A stretch of 64,000 nt of DNA from an uncultured Chloroflexota bacterium (lineage in GTDB: Bacteria; Chloroflexota; Dehalococcoidia; GIF9; AB-539-J10): NCBI GenBank assembly GCA_903884455.1, contig CAISEW010000019.1:31752-95751 (forward strand). The letters run 5' to 3'. The position numbers and the translations under genes are program-made. Each line of letters opens with the position of its first letter. The stretch's first letter is position 1. The notes below the pieces were generated by a model, which had not been told where the DNA came from, ran no database searches, and saw only the letters and a program-made list of their open reading frames with translations. This document shows positions 60,692 through 64,000 of this stretch, one piece after another.

Positions 60692-61585
60692 CTAGTCATG
60701 AGCCAAGATATCCCTGACCTGCACGGCGAAAGCCTCGCTCTTAGCATCTCCGGTGACAAGCTGAATCTGCTTTGCCGAGGATACGCCCAGTCCCAGTTCA
60801 GCGGCCCGTGCAATCTGCTCTTGTGCAAAGATAGACCCGCGGCTGACTTCTGGTGTCGTCCCCAATAGACGCAGAATCGCTACCCCCACCGCATCGATGG
60901 CCACTCGGTCGGTGCCAGCAAGCATAACCTTGGCTTCCACTTTGGTGCCGCGGTCGGGTCCACCGTCAACAAAAGCCTCTACTCCATCCAGGACTACTAA
61001 GTCAGGCGAATAAGCGGTATTAATCTCGGCAATCATTTGCCGCTGGTGCCGCGATGAATGAAGTTCCCCCATATAGGGATAGCCTCTCAAGGGGAGAAGT
61101 CCTACCGAGTTCTTCAAAGAGAGTGTGAAATGGCCGCCGTAGGCATGAGTTTTGAGACAGCAGGTCTGGACAATTGATTCTGCCTCGAGATAAATCCGCG
61201 GAAAATGAAAACCCTGGCTCCAATGACTTTCTCTAGGCTCTATTTTGCTCCAGCCTTCGGGACCCACCTCTTCCAGATTGACGATGTTGAAGACCAGCTC
61301 TTGAGCTAGCTTGAAAATCCCCTTCTTCGCCATAACAGCCTGGGTGCTATTGCCTGGTCCGCTTCGCTCAGCCAGGATGATTTGCTTTGCTCCCATCTGC
61401 TGAAGAGCCAGAATCAAAGACCGTAGTGTGTCGTTATGCGTTGAACCCGGTGCCGGGTCAGCCGTGTTGAAATTAGGTTTCAGAACTACGGATTTGCCAC
61501 GAAAAGATTTTAAACCGAGAAGGTCTATTGCTTGCCTGACACCTTCACCTCGGTTCTTGGTGCTTACCAGCGCCACGTTTGTCAT
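60692..61585 (-). CDS. DUF362-domain protein
   Basis: 297 aa. VVLKPNFNTADPAPGSTHNDTLRSLI and later LKTHAYGG..TLSLKN, typical of DUF362. Confidence 0.75.
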   Translation of the reverse strand: MTNVALVSTKNRGEGVRQAIDLLGLKSFRGKSVVLKPNFNTADPAPGSTHNDTLRSLILALQQMGAKQIILAERSGPGNSTQAVMAKKGIFKLAQELVFNIVNLEEVGPEGWSKIEPRESHWSQGFHFPRIYLEAESIVQTCCLKTHAYGGHFTLSLKNSVGLLPLRGYPYMGELHSSRHQRQMIAEINTAYSPDLVVLDGVEAFVDGGPDRGTKVEAKVMLAGTDRVAIDAVGVAILRLLGTTPEVSRGSIFAQEQIARAAELGLGVSSAKQIQLVTGDAKSEAFAVQVRDILAHD

Positions 61586-61777
61586 ACCAGCTTCCTCCGT
61601 CTATCGAGCATAGCCTAATTATAGCTGATATACGCCGGTTCGACCAAGCTGATAAGTCTAGTGCGCCAATTATGAGCTACTACATACATCATGAAACTCC
61701 CACATTATCTGACGATACTTTAAATACTGGGCGACAGGGGATATAATTCGGTATCGCTTAGTATAAGAGATTAACCG

Positions 61778-62692
61778 ATGGCTCTCGATGAAATAGCAGG
61801 ACTCATTTGCTCCAAGCTAGAGGAAGGAGGTTATCGCGGTATAGTGCTGCCCATCGAGCATGTCGCCCAACTCAAAAATGAGATAAAAGAGCGCCTCAGC
61901 CAGAAAGAAATAGACGCCGGATTGTATGACAAATACCTGAACTATTTTAAGTTCGATGTTGCTGCCAGTCTTCCGAGGATTCGTTCAATCATAATAACCG
62001 CAGCTCCGCAGCCTCAGCGCAAGGTCACCTTCCACCTAAATGGGCAGACCTATGTGGTCATAATCCCTCCTACTTACTATGCTGACACAGATGACCAAAT
62101 CAAGGACATAATCGAGAACGTTCTCAATGTTGATGGCTACCAGCTTCACCGAGCTGCCTTGCCGTTGAAATTGTTGGCTGTATACTGCGGAATGGCGAAG
62201 TACGGGAAGAACAACATCACCTACATAGAAGGTCTGGGGAGCTTTGTGCGACTCAGAGCCTATCTTTCAGACATGCCGACTGGCAGAGGTGACTGGCTGG
62301 AACCGCAGGTAATGAAAGAATGTGATAAGTGCAAGGCATGTCTTAATGGATGTCCTACCGGAGCGATTGTACCGGATCGCTTCTTGATTCATGCGGAGAG
62401 GTGTATTACCTTCCACAACGAATCGAGTGAAGAGTTTCCCGAATGGATAGATCCGGCCTGGCACAATAGCCTTATAGGCTGCATGAAGTGCCAGATTGTC
62501 TGCCCGGTGAACAAGCGTTATATCAAGTGGGTGGAAGAGGGAGAAGATTTCACTGAAGCCGAGACCGAGTTAATCCTGAGTGGAGTACCACTTGATCACA
62601 TCCCGCCTGAAACAACCCACAAACTCAATCGTTGCTATATGCTGGATTACCTGGATGTGCTGCCAAGGAACTTGCGTGCCCTCTTGAAGTGA
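61778..62692 (+). CDS. QueG-like 4Fe-4S protein (epoxyqueuosine reductase/reductive-dehalogenase superfamily)
   Basis: 304 aa. CDKCKACLNGCPTGAI and CMKCQIVCPVN ferredoxin motifs, with ERCITFHNE between them. No Tat signal. Confidence 0.55.
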   Translation: MALDEIAGLICSKLEEGGYRGIVLPIEHVAQLKNEIKERLSQKEIDAGLYDKYLNYFKFDVAASLPRIRSIIITAAPQPQRKVTFHLNGQTYVVIIPPTYYADTDDQIKDIIENVLNVDGYQLHRAALPLKLLAVYCGMAKYGKNNITYIEGLGSFVRLRAYLSDMPTGRGDWLEPQVMKECDKCKACLNGCPTGAIVPDRFLIHAERCITFHNESSEEFPEWIDPAWHNSLIGCMKCQIVCPVNKRYIKWVEEGEDFTEAETELILSGVPLDHIPPETTHKLNRCYMLDYLDVLPRNLRALLK

Positions 62693-62903
62693 TTATTCGC
62701 AATATCATGGTTTTGTTGTTTCCATCTGAGTGCCCTGTTATTCCTCTCCGCTGTGCCAGATTACACGCTAGCAGTACACTGATTGCTCAAAGTCAGGGAT
62801 GTTGGGTAACAATACAGGCTTCTGTTACTTAACTGCACATATGGCCTGTTGTTGTCAGTTGAATGTGACGGGCAACTAAAAAGTCGCGAAATAGCAAACC
62901 TGC

Positions 62904-63593
62904 TCACTTGCGTTTCTTAAGCGTAATCTTCATCCAGATATCTGTTAGCGCCATCTGGTAATTGTCTTTGAATGCCGTTTGCTCTAGTACATCCTTAATT
63001 ACAGTCTGGTATTCTTCCCTGGTGAAACCATGTAGTGTAGAGACTCTGGGTCCAAGTCGGCCAACGAAGAACCCGTATTCTTCGTTCAATTTTCTTCTAT
63101 CAGCTGGGTTGTGGAAAACCTCAGGGCACCCATCGTATATCCAGGCTTCCTTGCCGGTTTTTAGAACACGATAGCATTCATCAAACACCAGGCGGGGTGC
63201 CTTCCAATGGTGCGAAGCGCCCGTGCTAATCACAAGGTCTATTGAATTATCCTTGAAAGGGAGTTTGGCCGCATTGCCAAACACAAATCGCACATTATCA
63301 ACGCCTTTGGCATGGCGTCTGGCAATCTTGCCCATTTGCCTGCTGAGATCGATGCCATAGACCTGGAGGCCGGGTGACCTCCTGGCAATCTCTATTGACA
63401 AATGGCCTGGTCCCGAACCTAAATCAAGGATAGTCCCCTTTCCCATCTTTGCCACTATATCATTAGCTATCTTTGTTTCCGGCTTTCGCAGAACTTTTGC
63501 CACTGTCGCATTGTAGAATATGGCACCAGGGGTTGGGATTGATTCAGGTTTCCTCAGTAAATCCTTGATGAATCTTGTTAGAGACATGGTCAT
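62904..63593 (-). CDS. Class I SAM-dependent methyltransferase
   Basis: 229 aa. Motif I ILDLGSGPGHL, GIDLS, and post-II DLVIS. Confidence 0.8.
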   Translation of the reverse strand: MTMSLTRFIKDLLRKPESIPTPGAIFYNATVAKVLRKPETKIANDIVAKMGKGTILDLGSGPGHLSIEIARRSPGLQVYGIDLSRQMGKIARRHAKGVDNVRFVFGNAAKLPFKDNSIDLVISTGASHHWKAPRLVFDECYRVLKTGKEAWIYDGCPEVFHNPADRRKLNEEYGFFVGRLGPRVSTLHGFTREEYQTVIKDVLEQTAFKDNYQMALTDIWMKITLKKRK

Positions 63594-63664
63594 TCCTCGA
63601 GCAAGATGTCGCTGAAATCACGCCACAGTGGGAGGTCCATTTCACCCATCTTAACATATCCTTT

Positions 63665-63728
63665 GGTATCCCGGGGACATAATACCTGATTTGTAGTAGG
63701 CCTGATTGGTACGGTGTCCCAGGAATTC
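63665..63728. repeat. Palindromic dispersed repeat family 2, full copy (64 nt)
   Basis: ggtatcccggggacataatacctgatttgtagtaggcctgattggtacggtgtcccaggaattc. The left tcccggggaca and right tgtcccagga are inverted. Confidence 0.75.
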
Positions 63729-63729
63729 G

Positions 63730-64000
63730 TTAAGAGTCATCCTCGCACCATTCTATAATATCGGTTGACCAGACGGTGCTCACGGCTTTTTCCAGTACCG
63801 CCTGGCGTGGGTCAGGTATATCAAGCAACATCCGCAAGATGCGGTCGTCAAATTGGCTCAGGAACGGGCACCGTTTACGCAATGAGAGTATTGTAGTTCT
63901 GGCTCCGCCATAGACCAGATAGTCAAGTGACCGGGCATGGGGCTCAATATGCTCCCGCACATGACCGCAAACCCGCACCAGAAACTGCTCTATCTGCTTT
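63730..64000 (-). CDS. Hypothetical protein, C-terminal part (5' end beyond the window)
   Basis: The minus-strand frame is open to nt 64000 and ends ...DIPDPRQAVLEKAV...EWCEDDS. No family assigned with confidence. Confidence 0.4.
   Translation of the reverse strand, partial: KQIEQFLVRVCGHVREHIEPHARSLDYLVYGGARTTILSLRKRCPFLSQFDDRILRMLLDIPDPRQAVLEKAVSTVWSTDIIEWCEDDS

Noticed and set aside
60613-60828. 71-aa minus-strand ORF overlapping the 3' end of the DUF362 gene
   Set aside because: It is out of frame within a well-supported gene and has no independent signals.
56461-63728. Genomic island or integrated mobile element
   Set aside because: The window contains no integrase, transposase, tRNA attachment site or long direct repeats. 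Only short palindromic repeats bracket the genes, so I report the repeats rather than an island.

Overview
Chromosomal window from an anaerobic bacterium. The gene content looks Chloroflexota/Dehalococcoidia-like, but that is inference only; there is no rRNA or tRNA here to confirm it. Coding density is high and most of the window is housekeeping. This includes dnaK (3' part), a PEP-carboxykinase-like gene, lspA, rluD, L25, nusB, fabD, L32, trxB and L9. It also includes dnaB with a DnaD-domain gene and a tandem DnaC-like loader, dnaE, and argJ-argB-argD-argG. Four regions stand out. (1) 5.5-10.1 kb: a Moco/Tuco-type riboswitch with an intrinsic terminator, followed by tupA, a small zinc-ribbon ORF, tupB, tupC, moaA and moaC. 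(2) 10.9-26.2 kb, all on the minus strand: about 15 kb of electron-bifurcation genes. It holds three HdrA paralogues (one carries an NfnB/GltD-like module inserted into it), two soluble HdrC-HdrB fusions, two MvhD, NfnAB, a group-3c-type [NiFe] hydrogenase with its protease, and a frameshifted hdrA N-terminal relic abutting nfnA. (3) 36.9-47.7 kb: envelope or secreted-protein loci. These are an HTH plus two coiled-coil proteins, an ECF sigma / beta-propeller membrane protein / inhibitory-type serpin operon, and a membrane-anchored protein with 12 RCC1-like repeats. (4) Two families of short dispersed repeats that repeatedly overlap gene starts, stops and one coding-region interior. One is the GTCATT(C/G)(T/C)GAG...GAAG(C/A)AATC type. 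The other is a 48-64 nt palindromic GGTATCCCGGGGACATAAT...GGTGTCCCAGGAATTC type confined to 56.4-63.7 kb. I saw no rRNA, tRNA, CRISPR array, integrase or transposase. The best candidate for an undescribed system is the Hdr/Mvh/Nfn supercluster. Its parts belong to known families, but the combination and its disulfide substrate are not explained by the sequence.
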